A stretch of DNA of 64,000 nt, taken from assembly GCF_009914755.1 (NCBI RefSeq), contig NC_060930.1, one strand, 5' to 3'. The position numbers and the translations under genes were made by a program. This document shows positions 46,920-60,559 of this stretch, piece by piece. This DNA is from the human T2T-CHM13v2.0 reference genome, Homo sapiens. Within the stretch, counting starts at the first letter, position 1; every line of letters begins with the position of its first letter. The notes under the pieces were generated by a model, which saw nothing but the letters and a program-made list of their open reading frames with translations, was not told the origin of the DNA and searched no databases.

Positions 46920-47205
46920 TTCTAACTTGTAAGGACTAAGCCAAGATTTTGCTTTCCTCAGGGAGCATTTCCTGCTACATCCTCGTAGTCCGTTTTTCCA
47001 TCCTCTATCCATCCTTTATCTCTAATCCTGGCCTTCCCACATCATACTGTATTATAATTATATGTTTATATATGTTCTGTCAGATTGTGAGCTCCAGTGG
47101 AGCAAGCCCTGTCTTGTTCCACTCTGTCTTCTGGGCACCTAGCAGAATGTCTGCATAAGAAAGAAAAGAAAAGAAAAGAAAAAGATGGTGGATTTAATGA
47201 ATGCA
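46920..47205 (+). mobile_element. L2 3' end with (AAAAG)n tract
   Basis: CAGATTGTGAGCTCCAGTGGAGCA..CTGTCTTGTTC..GCACCTAGCAGAATGTCTGCATA. Confidence 0.65.
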
Positions 47206-48047
47206 GCAAGTATTGCTGTCTTTGTTTACATATTAGATTCAGTGACTTCCATCTATACCTCAATTTCTAGAGCTATGACAGGCACATAGGTTTCTTTGTG
47301 TTTTCTTTTTTAAAACCGTTAAAAAATAGCATCAAAAAAGCAGCCCTAGTAAAACACTTACTTGCTTAGATCGTATGTTCATGTGAAACCCACACATACA
47401 TACACACACACACAAACACACCCACTATTTTAAAAAGCATGAAACAAACTAGTTCAGCACAGTGGTCATTTTGATGGGAGAGAGAAGTATGGTCAATGAA
47501 TGGGCCCTGGGTAGGACTCCCACTATATAGGTAATGTTTTATTTTGATCTGATGATACATAAACATATGCTCATTGCATTCTTTATTCATTTTTGCACAT
47601 CCTATTTTATGCATATGAATAGAAGGTACTGTAATCTTGAATAGAATCTTCCTATCATAGGACATCTTGTATTAAATGTTTTAAATGAGAATTAGCAGAT
47701 CTGGGGAACTATAGAGGCTTTTTTGATTTGTTTTACCTATAGGAATTGCATTTTGGACATAGATTTTAATGTTATGTTGAAATAAATCGTCTAATCAACA
47801 TTTTCCCTAAATATTTTATAAATATGCAAAATTTATCAAAGTGCACTTGTATGTAGATCTTTTGACTATATATATAGTCTATATATATTTATATATTTAT
47901 GTATATATATATAAAAATTCATATATTATATGTATTTATATACTACATATATAGTTAAAAGATCTACATACATAAATACATGTTTATCTATCGATATAAA
48001 TATAATAAATATATTACTATATTTATTACATATTAATATATTTATAT

Positions 48048-48308
48048 TCACCAAAGCTGAAGTGCAATAGAGTGATTATAACTAACTGCAGCCTCAAACT
48101 TGTGGACTCAAGTGATCCTCCTGCCTTAGCCTCTCGAGTAGCTGGGACCACAGGCATGTGTCACCATGCCCAGCTATTTTTTATTTTTCATAGAGATAGG
48201 GGTCTCACTTCGTTGCTCAGGCTGGTCTTGAACTCCTGGCTTCAAGCAATACTCCCTCTTCAGCCTACCAAAGTGCTGGGATTACAGGTTGAGCCGCTAC
48301 ACCCAGCC
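48048..48308 (-). mobile_element. AluJ lacking its 3' terminus and tail
   Basis: CTGCAGCCTCAAACT..CTCAAGTGATCCTCCTGCC..CAAAGTGCTGGGATTACAGG. Confidence 0.88.
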
Positions 48309-48459
48309 ACTATTTTTATACATAGCTTTAAAAGTTTTGAAAAATTTTCCTGGGGGACTGATATTACTAAATGTCTATCTTTTCATGACTCCTCCATGCA
48401 TAAAATATAATTAAGGAAATGGAAGGGCTAATTTAATCTGTAAATATTTTAGTAATGAT

Positions 48460-49050
48460 AAGATATTAAAGAAAGCAGAAGGACGAAAGGAAGGAAAGCT
48501 GGGTCAGGGCGGGGGGATAAGGAAGACTTCAGGGAGAAAGCAAATGAATTGAGCTTTGAAGAATGAATAAAGGTTTGCCAAAAGGCTGTGGAGTGTGAGG
48601 TCAAAAGCATTCCAGACAAGAAAAAATTTCATGCAAAGTTCTAGAGATGTGAAAGGATGAATCATATGATTAGAGAACTTGGGTTAATTAGGAATTGCTG
48701 GATTTTAAATTGCAGGTGGAAGACACTATTCAGAGGAAGGTAGAGATCAGAAAACAAAGAACCTTATTTCCTTCTAAGGAATCTAGGCTTTATTTCTAAG
48801 TGATTGGAATTCTGAGGACTTTTGAGTGATAGGGCCAGGTTTCTGTGAAGTTAAGTTTAGATTTGTGGGATGAGATCATAGAAGGAAGGGAGTTAGGAGA
48901 TTATCAAATGTTTGGGGCAGAGATAATGAGGTCTTAGGCTCAGAGCAGAAGGTTGAGGAGAGACAACTGAGAATAGAGGCTTAGAAGGGAGGAGGGAAAT
49001 GGATGTGGGAGCAAGAGATGGGGAGGGAAAATGACATAGAGGAGCAGAAG
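48460..49050 (-). mobile_element. L2 fragment
   Basis: GGAAGACTTC..TTGAGCTTTGAAGAATGAATA..GCATTCCAGACAAGA..AGATAATGAGG. Confidence 0.6.
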
Positions 49051-50254
49051 TAGGTTAAGGAAGTCAAGCGTCCTGAGAACTCATTATTAACTCATACACA
49101 TATATAGGCAAATAATGTTTTGTTGCAGACATGTGTTGTACAAAATAGAAAATAGTAAATCTGAATCCCATTCATTGTATAGATACTGATTTTTAAATAT
49201 ATGTCACACAGGCAGAACACACAAAGACATAAAGGTGAGTGGAGATAATTTTCAAAAGGAAACCTCTCAGTAAGGAAAATCACAGGTTGCTTGCTGTTTG
49301 ATTCAGAATCAAAAGTGTTAATTGAAAATTGTTATTTATATTTCCCTAAAGTCTCATGACACTTTTTTGGTCTACTTATATTAAAATGCGGATAACACAA
49401 GGTATGATGAGGTAATTTTTTGCCACTTTCTAAACCTCTTGTTATTCACTCTAGTTGTTTAAGTGTTGAATTTCTTTGTCTTGTTAAAAAGTGTCCTGTT
49501 GCTGAATGGTACAAGTACTAGATCTGTTCATTAGTAGCTAATTTTATTTATATTTAAATGAAGAAGTTATTGATGGAAGGAGCAATGTCATAAAGAAAAT
49601 CGAAGTAAACATTTTATGTATAAAAATTAGATAAATGGTTCCTTTTGAGTGGGAGAAAGAGGGACCAGTCCAGAAAGGAAGAAGGGTACTTCCTTGGCCA
49701 TAAATGCTTTTCTTATGTTTTTGGTGCCTTGTTACCTGAAAGTAGATTTGAGGAGTGTGAGATGAACAGCATTAGTGGAACCATTAGAGAGGTGTAGGCC
49801 ACCTCTTTTGCTTTGAGATCTGTTTCTTAAACTGAGAGAATCAGAGGGATGACTAATCCAACTAGGGGGAAATTGATCTTAGATTAAAGAGTCCAGGGTG
49901 AAATATAGTAAATTCCATTTTGGGGTCTGTAGAGTTAGAGTAAACTGCTAATTGGACAGCTAATATGTAGTGAGGTAAGATATCAATCATGTATCATAGA
50001 ATTCTAATTTCTTTTAAAAATTTAAAGTGTATTGATACTTGTTCACATAATAATTACATTTCTTTTTGAAATAATTTTTAAGAAAGAAATTATCTCTGAC
50101 TAAAATACTGATAATACATGCTTTTAAATCTGTGAGGAATTGGGTGCAAAGAACCAGCAGCCTAGAAAAGAGACTTCTAGATTTGTTGAATGAATGAATG
50201 CTTGGATATCAACACATCGAGGTGCTCTGGCTGCTTACACTGCTTCACTGAGCA

Positions 50255-50289
50255 CTACTCCCACCTAGTGGCAATCTACCTGTAGTGCA
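50255..50289 (-). promoter_or_regulatory. Candidate CTCF site (core + upstream motif)
   Basis: Minus strand TGCACTACA-N6-TTGCCACTAGGTGGGAGTAG versus consensus TGCAGTTCC-N5/6-TGGCCASYAGRKGGCRS. Confidence 0.5.
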
Positions 50290-50749
50290 TGGGTATTTTA
50301 AAGGAATGAAAACTGAAGTTCTCTGGAAGGGAACTATGTACTTTGACCTCCTGTCAATCATACTTCAACATTATTAAATTTATTGAAGGAAGAAGCCTTG
50401 TAACATTCAATTCTGAATTTTCTATAAAAATGTAGTTGAAGATTTTGTTCACCATATTCATGATTCAATGTAGCTTATTTGAAAGAACAGTCTTTTAATA
50501 ATTCCTAGAAATAAAAAAATAATTTACAAACAAAAAATAATTTACAAATAAGAAAAATATAAATTGCTAATATATGGACATATTTCAACCTCATTAAGTA
50601 ACAAATAAATGAACATTTGGATACTATTTCTCCCTGTCAAAATAGCAGATTACAAAAAACAATAATATTGTGCTATAAGGAAGAAATGAAGGAAGTATCT
50701 TCAATAATTATTATTGGTGGGTGAGCAAATTGGAAAAATCATTTTATTT

Positions 50750-51780
50750 TAATTTTTAAACTTTTTACTTGTGAATAATTTCAAACTTAAAAAAAGTTAC
50801 AAGAATATAATTAGTACAAAGAACACCTGCATGACTTTTACCTAGATCTATTATTAATATTCTAACCCATTTGCTTTATAATTACCTTGCAGACCATTTG
50901 AAGCTAAGATACAAAAATCGTGACCTCAACACTTCTGTATGTATTTCCTAAGAATAGGGATATTCTCTTACATATCCACAGTACTGTTATTGGCTTTGAT
51001 GAATTTAACATTAATGCAATGATGTTTACTATCTAATCTACCATTCATTTAATAATTTTGTCAGTTGACTCAATAGTCTTTTATATTGATTTATTCCCCT
51101 TCAGTACAAGATCCAGTCTAAGATCAGCTGTTGCATTTAGTTGTCATGTCTCCTCATCCTCGTTTAATCTAGAACTGTCCTGCAGCCCTAGTTTGTCTTT
51201 TATGACTTTGACTTCTTTGAAGAGTATAGCTGCTTTCTTTTTCTTTAATACATGATTCTACATGTTGTGTTTGTCTAATGTTCCTCATTAGATTCTGATT
51301 ATACATTCTTTGTTGAAATGCTTTTTATGTGATGTTGTGGCTTTCTCAAAGTATCACATCTGGAAGCACATGATGTCCATCTGCCCTTCCTTGACAATGT
51401 TCATTTCATTTACCTGGTCAAAAGTGGTCTGATTTCTTCATTATGTAATTATTTTTTTTCCCGTGTAGAAACACTTTAAGAACATAAAAATATTCTACTC
51501 TTTATAAAATTCTCCTGTAACCTAGTACCTATTGATCATTTTGTTAGTTCCTATCTTTACTGTGATGGTTGTAGAATGCTGATTTTCAACTCCAGTACCC
51601 CCTTTACATTTATCACCTGGCCCTAAGCATTCTATTGTAAGCAAATTGCCTCCCTTCTTTCTTATTTGTCTGTATAGACTCATTAATTCCAATTTTTTAA
51701 AATGACTTATAATTCATTACTGTACTCATTGTCCCAGATTTGGCCAGTAGAAGCCCCTTCAAGATGACTCCTTCAAGGTA
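50750..51780 (-). mobile_element. L1MC4/5-like 3' region
   Basis: AATAATTTCAAACTTA..AAAGTTACAAGAATA..AGTACAAAGAACACC..TATTTCCTAAGAATAGGGATATTCTCTTACAT. Confidence 0.75.
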
Positions 51781-51827
51781 ACAAAGAAAGAAAAATAAGA
51801 AAAATGCACATATGTGATCTTGCTTCC

Positions 51828-52121
<294 letters not shown>

Positions 52122-53384
52122 TGCACCTTGTTTTTTAAATCTACCAAAATGTTGTGGAAGTTATTCCATATCAGTTCATAGTGATCTTCCTCATTCTTTT
52201 ATATAGCAGCATACGTATCACTCCAAGGATTGTCTCTAACAGCAGGATCTTTAAAATGTTTATAGCCATTGATCAAGTAGCTTCAATTTTAGAAATATTT
52301 TTTAAAGGAAATTGTCAGAGTTGCAGATAAACGTTTCTATACAAAGATGGTCAATAAAATACCATTTATAATGGTAAAAATTTATGAATGATCTGAAGAG
52401 TTTACATTAAAGTAATGATTTGTTTACTATGTCCATGTAATTAAACATTATGTAATCATTAAAAAGGTTCATGTTAAGCAAATCAAACAAATCTCAAAAT
52501 TATATACTTGGAACTAAAGTAGGTAGAATGCACAGAAAAGAGATAGGAAGGAAATACACTGAAGTGATAAAAATGGCTGTTTCTGAGGGCAGGATTTCTG
52601 ATTTTTTTTTTAAAAAGTATGTTTCATATTTTTATACTCTCTGATTTATCTTCGGTGTATATATATTCATATTATTTTCAGAAAAGTTGAAATCAGTAAT
52701 CTAGTGTTATAAGAAGCTTTTCTCCCTTAGAAACTGGAATGCTTCTTCACTGTGAACTATAATAGTCTTTATTATATTGCATTTCTCTTTATGCTCTGGG
52801 TGCCAGGAGCCAGGTTTAAAGGTCAAGCACAACAACTTAGAAAGCAGACACTTGAGTTGTCTTTTTCTTAACTTTTTAATATCTGTTTTTTAACCTTATT
52901 ATGACATCTTGTTGAAAACTATCTCAAATCAGTTTTTAAAAGAGGTGGGATATAAATAAATAGAATCTAAATGAAATTTCTACGTAACAATTGTCCAAAA
53001 ACTGCTGAGGTAGACATTATGGATACATAATAGATTTAGTTTTAATATTTAAAGTGTCTTATCATATACCATAGTAATAAAATAGTAGATTTCTCTGATG
53101 GTTAGTAGGTGGAATCCGAGAGAAATTTACCGATATTTCTATTTTCTGGAAGAATAAAAAAAAAGAAGGAAAAATTAAATCCACGATACTGAGTTGACAC
53201 TGTAGAAAATCTACTCAAAAGCAGATTTAAGTTGGACCTTAAAAAGTTATATTTTTAGAATAGCAGATGTCTCCATTCAAGATAGAACCCACTTGGTACT
53301 TCTGTTCCCAGTCGTCCAACCCTACTAATGTTAAACATATGCTTGCTGACCCGCTCTACTCTTCTCTGCCTAGTACTTAGGAAT

Positions 53385-53530
53385 TGTCTAACCCAAATCT
53401 TCCATGTTCTCATTTAAGCCAATTCCTTGTGGCGTTGGCCTCTAAGGACATGTAGAACAATTGTTCTAATTTCCATGTGGTGTTCTTTCATAAAAATGAA
53501 GACAATTGTTAAATTCAGCTCCTCTTTCTC
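53385..53530 (-). mobile_element. CR1/L3 relic
   Basis: TCTAACCCAAATCTTCCATG..CATTTAAGCCAATTCCTTGT..GGACATGTAGAACAATTG resembles the CR1 3' end. Confidence 0.5.
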
Positions 53531-54013
53531 TGTCCCACTCTTTCAGAATAAATTTAAATGAGAGATAGTAGATCCTTTTACATAACTATAGGGAAATGAA
53601 CACCAAATAAAAGTAGCAGGGATTTCTGGATTTTGAAAAATTAGAGTTTATTTTCACATATCCACACAATTTCAGACACAAAAGAATGTCACTTCTTATT
53701 CAAAGAATTAAGGAAATAAAATTTTCTCTTTTTTGGCAATCAATTATTTAAAAAGTCTTACAGTAGGACCTTCCCGCCACAAATCTGACTACCTTTATGC
53801 TTCAATTTGAGCACTTGTCCTCAGTGGAGACGGAAAGAAGCAGAAGTTACATAACTGAATTAACCTGACAACTCTTACTAAGCTTCTTTTGATTTTTTTC
53901 TGTCTTTTAGGATAACAAATTTGGTCCTTTAAACTTGTTCTATAGATATTATTTTCTAACCAATTAACCATATCTGTAGCTTATCTATGAATTGTTTCCA
54001 GATTGTTCACATA

Positions 54014-54349
54014 TAGTGATGTGTCACTTAATGTCAGTATATATTCTAAGAAATGTGTCCTTAGGCAATTCTGTCATTGTGCGGACATCACAGGGTATAG
54101 TTACACAAACCTAGATGGCATAGCCTACTACACACCTAGGCTATATGGTCTGGCCTGTTACTACTAGGCTATAAACCTGTACAGCATGTTACTGTACTTA
54201 ATACTGTATGTGATTGTAACACAATGGTAAGTATTTGTGTATCTAAACATAGAAAAGGTACAGTAAAAATATGTATTATAATCTTATGGGACCACTGTCT
54301 CATATGCTGTCCATCATTTACCAAAATGTCGTTATTCTGTACATGGCTG
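54014..54349. mobile_element. Tigger3a/MER7-type non-autonomous DNA transposon
   Basis: TTACACAAACCTAGATGGCATAGCCTACTACACACCTAGGCTATATGG..GGTACAGTAAAAATA..AATCTTATGGGACCAC. Confidence 0.88.
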
Positions 54350-54831
54350 TGCTTCCGTTGCCATGCATCTTAAACAAGACACAGTCTATAATCATCAAGC
54401 TATTATATTAAATATATGAAAATATCTTCTCACATTTTATGCTGTTTGTGTTACTCAATTTGCTTCTGGACTTGCTTTTATGAAAATGCTACTTTATTAC
54501 AGATTTCTGTTTTAAGTACACCAATCAGCCTAAGATCACTAATAATCATCATTCAGACTAGTAACCATAATTCAGCATCAGGAGGGGAGAAACTATATTT
54601 GTTTTGCTCATGATTATATTTGCGGTACCTGACACACAGAAGACACTTAAATATTTGTAGCTGACCAACTGAATGGGTGAAATTTTCTGTAGCATTTCAT
54701 AATTGGCAGCACAATTTTTAAACAGAATTTCATTTAATTTTCAAAGCCATTGGCAAGCTTGTTATTATAAGCTGTGGGAACTGGAATTCAAAATAATCTG
54801 TGAAAGGTTACTCTTAATCACAAAGTAGTGG

Positions 54832-54950
54832 GGCTGGGCGTGGTAGCTTGTGCCTGTAATTCTATCTGCTTGGGAGGCTGGGGTGGGAGGATCGCTTGAG
54901 CACAACAGTTCAAGGATGCAGTGAGCTATGACTCTGACACTGGAAAAAAA
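54832..54950 (+). mobile_element. 3'-truncated FAM/FRAM-like Alu monomer with A-tail
   Basis: GGCTGGGCGTGG..GGAGGATCGCTTGAG..GCAGTGAGCTATGA..CACTGG(A)n; TSD AAAGTAGTGG at 54822-54831 and 54951-54960. Confidence 0.85.
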
Positions 54951-56485
54951 AAAGTAGTGGAACCAATTGTTTACCTACATCACTGTGCTGTGTAGAGGTA
55001 GTGTGCACCTTGGAAGATGGTGTGGTCTCAACTTGCAGAACAGCTAAGTTACAATGAGTGTCAGTGTGAAACAGGCCAGGTCAGGCCAATGGGACTTCAG
55101 AATGTGGTATAGAAACATAAGCAAAATTATTTTCTCACGTTATGTTGGTTTCTTGGATAAACTAGTGTTTTTGAGCCTATTTTTCTCATCTGCATAATGA
55201 GGGTAAGGGTGATATCTATTAACTATTTCACAGAGCATGTCTTATGAGCACAAAGATACAGAGAGTGTGTGAGTTTAAAAGTACTCTGTAGACTGTAAGG
55301 TACAATGCCTGTGCTGGGTGGTGGTGGCACTGGTGTTACTGCACCATGTAGTGTGTTCCTCTTTCTTGACCGGAAAAGGTTGGCTAACCCATAATTTAGA
55401 TAAATGCTCCTCTCACTGACAAGAAGTAGTCAATATATGTGCACAACAAATATAATGTAAACTGTATTTCCAGTTTTAAAAATCTTTCTGTGTTTGGTCC
55501 CTCTATCTCACAGGCTGTCACTTTGGTTACCAAACAACCCCCAATCTCCACCCCCACCCCATCATCCCTATCCATTAAAATGAGAAGACTTGCATTGCTT
55601 TAGGTGAGGTACCCTGTGAGACCATGTACTTTTAAATATAAATACCATATTTATTAGATATTTGATAATGCTACTGCATTCAATGTTGTTTGTTTCTAGG
55701 TATATCTTAAGGTATCAGTGATGATCTATATATTTCTTAACAGTTCAGGTCTTTTTTCTATATGAACAACTCAGAATAGGTACAGCACTGTGGAAATTAA
55801 TTCTGAGGTTCGTTATCTGGTGACAAGAAGATTTGTGGAGTTTGGTGGAGGCTCTAATTATTCTTGGCAGGGAAATCCAACCTATTGAGTTTGGGGGCAT
55901 CTTTATGAGAGCTACTTGGTATTGTAATATATGCTGATGGCTGCTGCTGTGCTTTATGTATTTTAGCTAAATTTTTTATGTTTGTATTTGTACCTTCAGG
56001 CAATTTAATCCTTAAATATGTAAATTGATAAATTTTAAAAAGACACAAAATAAGAAATATAAAAAATAAAATGTAAATAAATGAACTTCCTCCTAAACAA
56101 AACCCAAATAAAGATAACAACAAACCAGAATTTTAAAAAATTGCCTTTTAGAGGCTAATGTGAAGAGTTATCTTTTCCTCTAACCCAGGTTGTTTATTTA
56201 TTTATAATCTTAGGCGACTGTTCCTTTTAGAAGTGTGTACTCCCTGTTATCCCACAGTTACTAGTGTAGCAAGACACTACTCTTGAATGAATTATGTCTC
56301 TCAGTTGTGTTGGGGTAGAAAAGACATTTGATTTCATATCAGATGCAGTCAATTCTCCAGGATGCCAAAGGGAGAGAGAGAAAAAGTATAGGAAGTACAT
56401 TGTGAATAAGAATGTAGCTTTAGGTAGAATATAGTACATTTAAAAGCAATTTAGCTAAAAAAAAAATAACTTTTAAAAGAAAATA

Positions 56486-59400
56486 TGGTTGACCCTTGAA
56501 CAAAGAAAGGGTTAGGGATGCTGATCGGCCATGCAGTAGATCCATGTATAACTTCTCACTCCCCCAAAACTTAACTACTAATAGGCTACTGTTGACAGGA
56601 AGCCTTACTGATAACATAAACAGCCGGTTAACACATATTTTATATGTTATATTTTTATATTTGTATTCTTGCAATAAAATAAAATGTAAACAAATGAACT
56701 GCCTCCTAGACAAAACCCAAACAAAAATAACAAAAAAAGAGAATTTAAAAAAATGACCTTTTATAGGCTAAAGTGAAGAGTTACCTTTTCCTCTAACTGC
56801 AGTTGTTTACTAATGAAATAAAGTAAGTTAGAGAAAAGGAAATCTTATTAAGAAAATCATAAGAAGGGAAAATATATTTACTATTTATTAAGTGGAAGTG
56901 CATCATCAGAAAAGTATCCTCGTCATCTTTATGTTGAGCAGACTGAGGAGGAGGAAGGGGAGAGGTTGGTCTTGCTATCTCAGAGTGGCAGAGGTGAAAG
57001 AAGCAGAGAAGGTGAAAGAGGAGGCAGGAGAGGCAGGCACACTCTATGTAGCTTTATGGAAATACATTGTAATTTTTGTCTGACATTTTTCCTTTTAATT
57101 TCTCTAGAAGTGTTTCCATGTAGTACCAATCCTTCTTCTACCATTGGCTTTAGTTTCAGTGATCCACAACATAGAAGGGTTCATGTTGTAAAATAAGTCA
57201 AAAATAGGCTTGAATAATTGGAACCCTTCTGCCAGATTGTCTAATGCCAATTTATTTTCTGGCACTGCTTCTTCTGTGTCCTCTTATTCATTATCCGGCA
57301 CTGGTTTGGAAGCACTCATATTCATTAATATGTCTTCTGTTAATTCCTCTGGTGTGGTAACTGTTAGCTCTTGAATTTCTCCAAAATCCACGTCATGAAA
57401 CTCTTCACACTGCACCCCTCACTTTTTTTTTTTTTTGGCCATATCCATAATCCCTCTCATGATTTTCTTGCTTGGTTCTGCTGTAAATCCTATGAAGTCA
57501 CAAATGACATCTGGACACAGATTTTTTCCAGCAGGAAATTATTGTTTCAGGCTTGATGACTTTCCTGGCTTCTTATGTAACAAAAATGCATCTTCAATGA
57601 TGTAATCCTTCCAGACTTTCACGATGATCTCTCTATTGGGGTTCTCTTATTGGCAAGGTACTTGCTGACTTCAGGGACGAGGCATTAATGGAACCAATCC
57701 AGGAAGAGTTTTCATTGTTCAGGCCTTCCTGTTGTACAACCAAAAGATGTCAGCTGATGTTTATCTTTTCCCTCAGGAGATAGCAGCTTTATAGTTAAGG
57801 AAAGTCCTGATAAAAAACCCAACTGTATTTGCACAAAACAGCAGAGTTAGCTTGTCCCTTCCTGCCTTAAATCTTGGTCCTACTCCTCTTCTCTTACTTG
57901 CTAATAAATGCTCTTTGTGGCATTTTTTTCCTCCAGAATAGGCACTTTCATCTGTATTAAAAACCTGTTCAGACAGATATTCTTTCTCCTCACTGATTTT
58001 CTTAATGGCACCTGAGAACTCGTCTGCTGCTTTTTGGTTGGCAGGAGTTCCTGCTTCTGTTATCTTGACATTCTTTTTTTTTTTTTTTTTAGGATTTTTT
58101 TTTTATTATACTTTAAGTTTTAGGGTACATGTGCACAACGTTCAGGTTTGTTACATATATACACATGTGCCATGTTGGTGTGCTGCACCCATTAACTCAT
58201 CATTTAACATTAGGTATATCTCCTAATGCTATCCCTCCCCACTCCCCCCACCCCACAACAGGCCCCGGTGTGTGATGTTCCCCTTCCTGTGTCCATGTGT
58301 TCTCATTGTTCAATTCCCACCTATGAGTGAGAACATGCAGTGTTTGGTTTTTTGTCCTTGTGATAGTTTGCTGAGAATGATGGTTTCCAGCTTCATCCAT
58401 GTCCCTACAAAGGACATGAGCTCATCATTTTTTATGGCTGCATAGTATTCCATGGTGTATATGTGCCACATTTTCTTAATCCAGTCTATCATTGTTGGAC
58501 ATTTGGGTTGGTTCCAAGTCTTTGCTATTGTGAATAGTGCCACAATAAACATACGTGTGCATGTGTCTTTATAGCAGCATGATTTATAATCCTTTGGGTA
58601 TATACCCAGTAATGGGATTGCTGTGTCAAATGGTATTTCTAGTTCTAGATCCCTGAGGAATCGCCACACTGACATTTCTTAAAGCCAAACCTTTTTCTAA
58701 AATTATCAAACCATCCTTTGCTGGCATTAAATTCTCCAGCTTTAGGCCCTTTATCTTCTTTTTGCTATAAATTCTCATATAATGAGTTCACTTTTTCTTG
58801 AATCACATTAGAAAGACATAAAAGGTATGCCTTTCTTATAGCAATCCTGCACCCCATAAAAGCTGCATTTTTGATATGAGATTAAAAAGTATTTTGCACA
58901 AAGTGCAGGGTTATTGCACCTGCTGGAGTAGATGCAGTGACAAATGTATGAATTTCCTTTTCTTTTTTTTACATGCTGGATTCATTTTTCTTGAAATGGC
59001 AGGCAACTGCAGCTGCAGACTTCAATATGTGGTACTTGTCAAGCAATTTCACTTTTTCTTGTAATGTCATGACTTTCCCCTGCTTCTTGGGAAAACTTTC
59101 AGCATCACTTGTGGTACTTTGCATAGGTTCCATGGTATTACTCAAGGTTTACAGTATTGCAACAAACATGATGAAAAATACACAAAGACCATGAGAAATC
59201 ACCTTTTACTGCTAAATTCATTTTATTGGAGAGAGGATCAATTCACTAAGAGATGATCAGCATCACATGGCGTTTTAAGCTAATACTAGCAACACTTGAG
59301 CACATTGCAATAGCAACAGGGGTTGGCTATGAAATTATTACAGTAGTACAATATGTACTACAGTTAATTTTATGTAGTTATGATTTAATACTGCATTTTT

Positions 59401-59737
59401 GTATTTTATTATATGTCTCTGGACTGCAGATGGCACCATGTATGGTCTGTAATGTTTGTGTGCATAAGTTTTGATAGTTTTAAAATGTTTATAATAGATT
59501 GGTATATACTTTAAGTGGTGAATGATAAAATGGACTGGTATCTACATATATTTTATATATTTATGACATTCCTAATTTTTTCTTAAATTTTTAAATATAT
59601 ATGGGCTACCTGGTTCATCTGTGAGCTTTTTCAAATTGTTGCAAATCTCCCAAAATTCTTTCAGTATATTTATTGAAAAACACCAGCATGTAAGTGGGCC
59701 TGTATTGTTCAAACCTGTGTTGTTCAAGGATTAACTG
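56486..59737 (-). mobile_element. Near full-length Tigger2 DNA transposon
   Basis: TIR-like ends TGGTTGACCCTTGAACAA.. and ..TTGTTCAAGGATTAACTG flanked by TA (56484-5, 59738-9); CCCAAAACTTAACTACTAATAG..GGAAGCCTTACTGATAACATAAACAG; degraded transposase inside. Confidence 0.9.
58076..58669 (-). mobile_element. L1PA4/5 3' fragment inside Tigger2
   Basis: poly-T, TTATACTTTAAGTTTTAGGG, CATTTAACATTAGG; TSD TGACATT(T)CTT at 58066 and 58670. Confidence 0.9.
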
Positions 59738-59776
59738 TAATATTATAACATCTTCAGTAAAAAGCTTTATTAAAAG

Positions 59777-60009
59777 TTTATTATTATTATTATTTTGAAA
59801 CAGGGTCTCACTCTGCTGCCCAGGCTGGAGTGCAGTGATGCGATCATGGCTCACTTCAGCCTTGACCTCCCAGGGCTCAGGTGGCCCTCCCACCTCAGGC
59901 CCCTGAGGTTGCAGGCCTACAGGCATGCAACAGCATGCATGGCTAATTTTTGTTTGTTTTTTTTTCTTTTTTTGGTTGAGACGAGGTTTCACCATGTTGG
60001 CCAGGCTGG
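59777..60009 (-). mobile_element. AluJ, 5'-truncated
   Basis: (TTA)n tail, CAGGGTCTCACTCTG..CCCAGGCTGGAGTGCAGTG..GATCATGGCTCAC. Confidence 0.88.
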
Positions 60010-60559
60010 AAAACTTCCAAACTTCCAAATATTTTGGATATTTCAGTTTAAGAAAAGGATACTGTTTTCCTCCATATTTTCTAAAGAGAGAACTTGTTTA
60101 AGCAAATTAGTGGTTGAAATAATGTTGTAAGGAGATATTTACTTAGAAGAACTTAAACAGATTTTTGGAAATATTTAGTTATAAAAAAACAACAAATGGC
60201 CTTGTATATGAGGTTAGCATTATTTAGACTAGTACACAGTAAGATAGTACTTTTCCAAGGTAACATGGAATATTTTCATATATAAGGGATATATCTGTTA
60301 CATTAGGCAAATATTTTAAATATGTATTACATATTATATATCTATTACTCCATATACATTCTAATAGAGAATTCTAAAAAGTTAAATAAAACCTTAGTGA
60401 TTCTACAAATAAAGGAATTAAATAATTTATTAAAGCTTACCAATACTGTCTACTATGGAAATAAGCAGCACAACCTCAACTTAAATGTGCAAACTCAGAT
60501 ACCGTATCTGGCCCTCTGCAATATCTTTCATGAGCACAATCTTTAATTGATGTTCAGTA

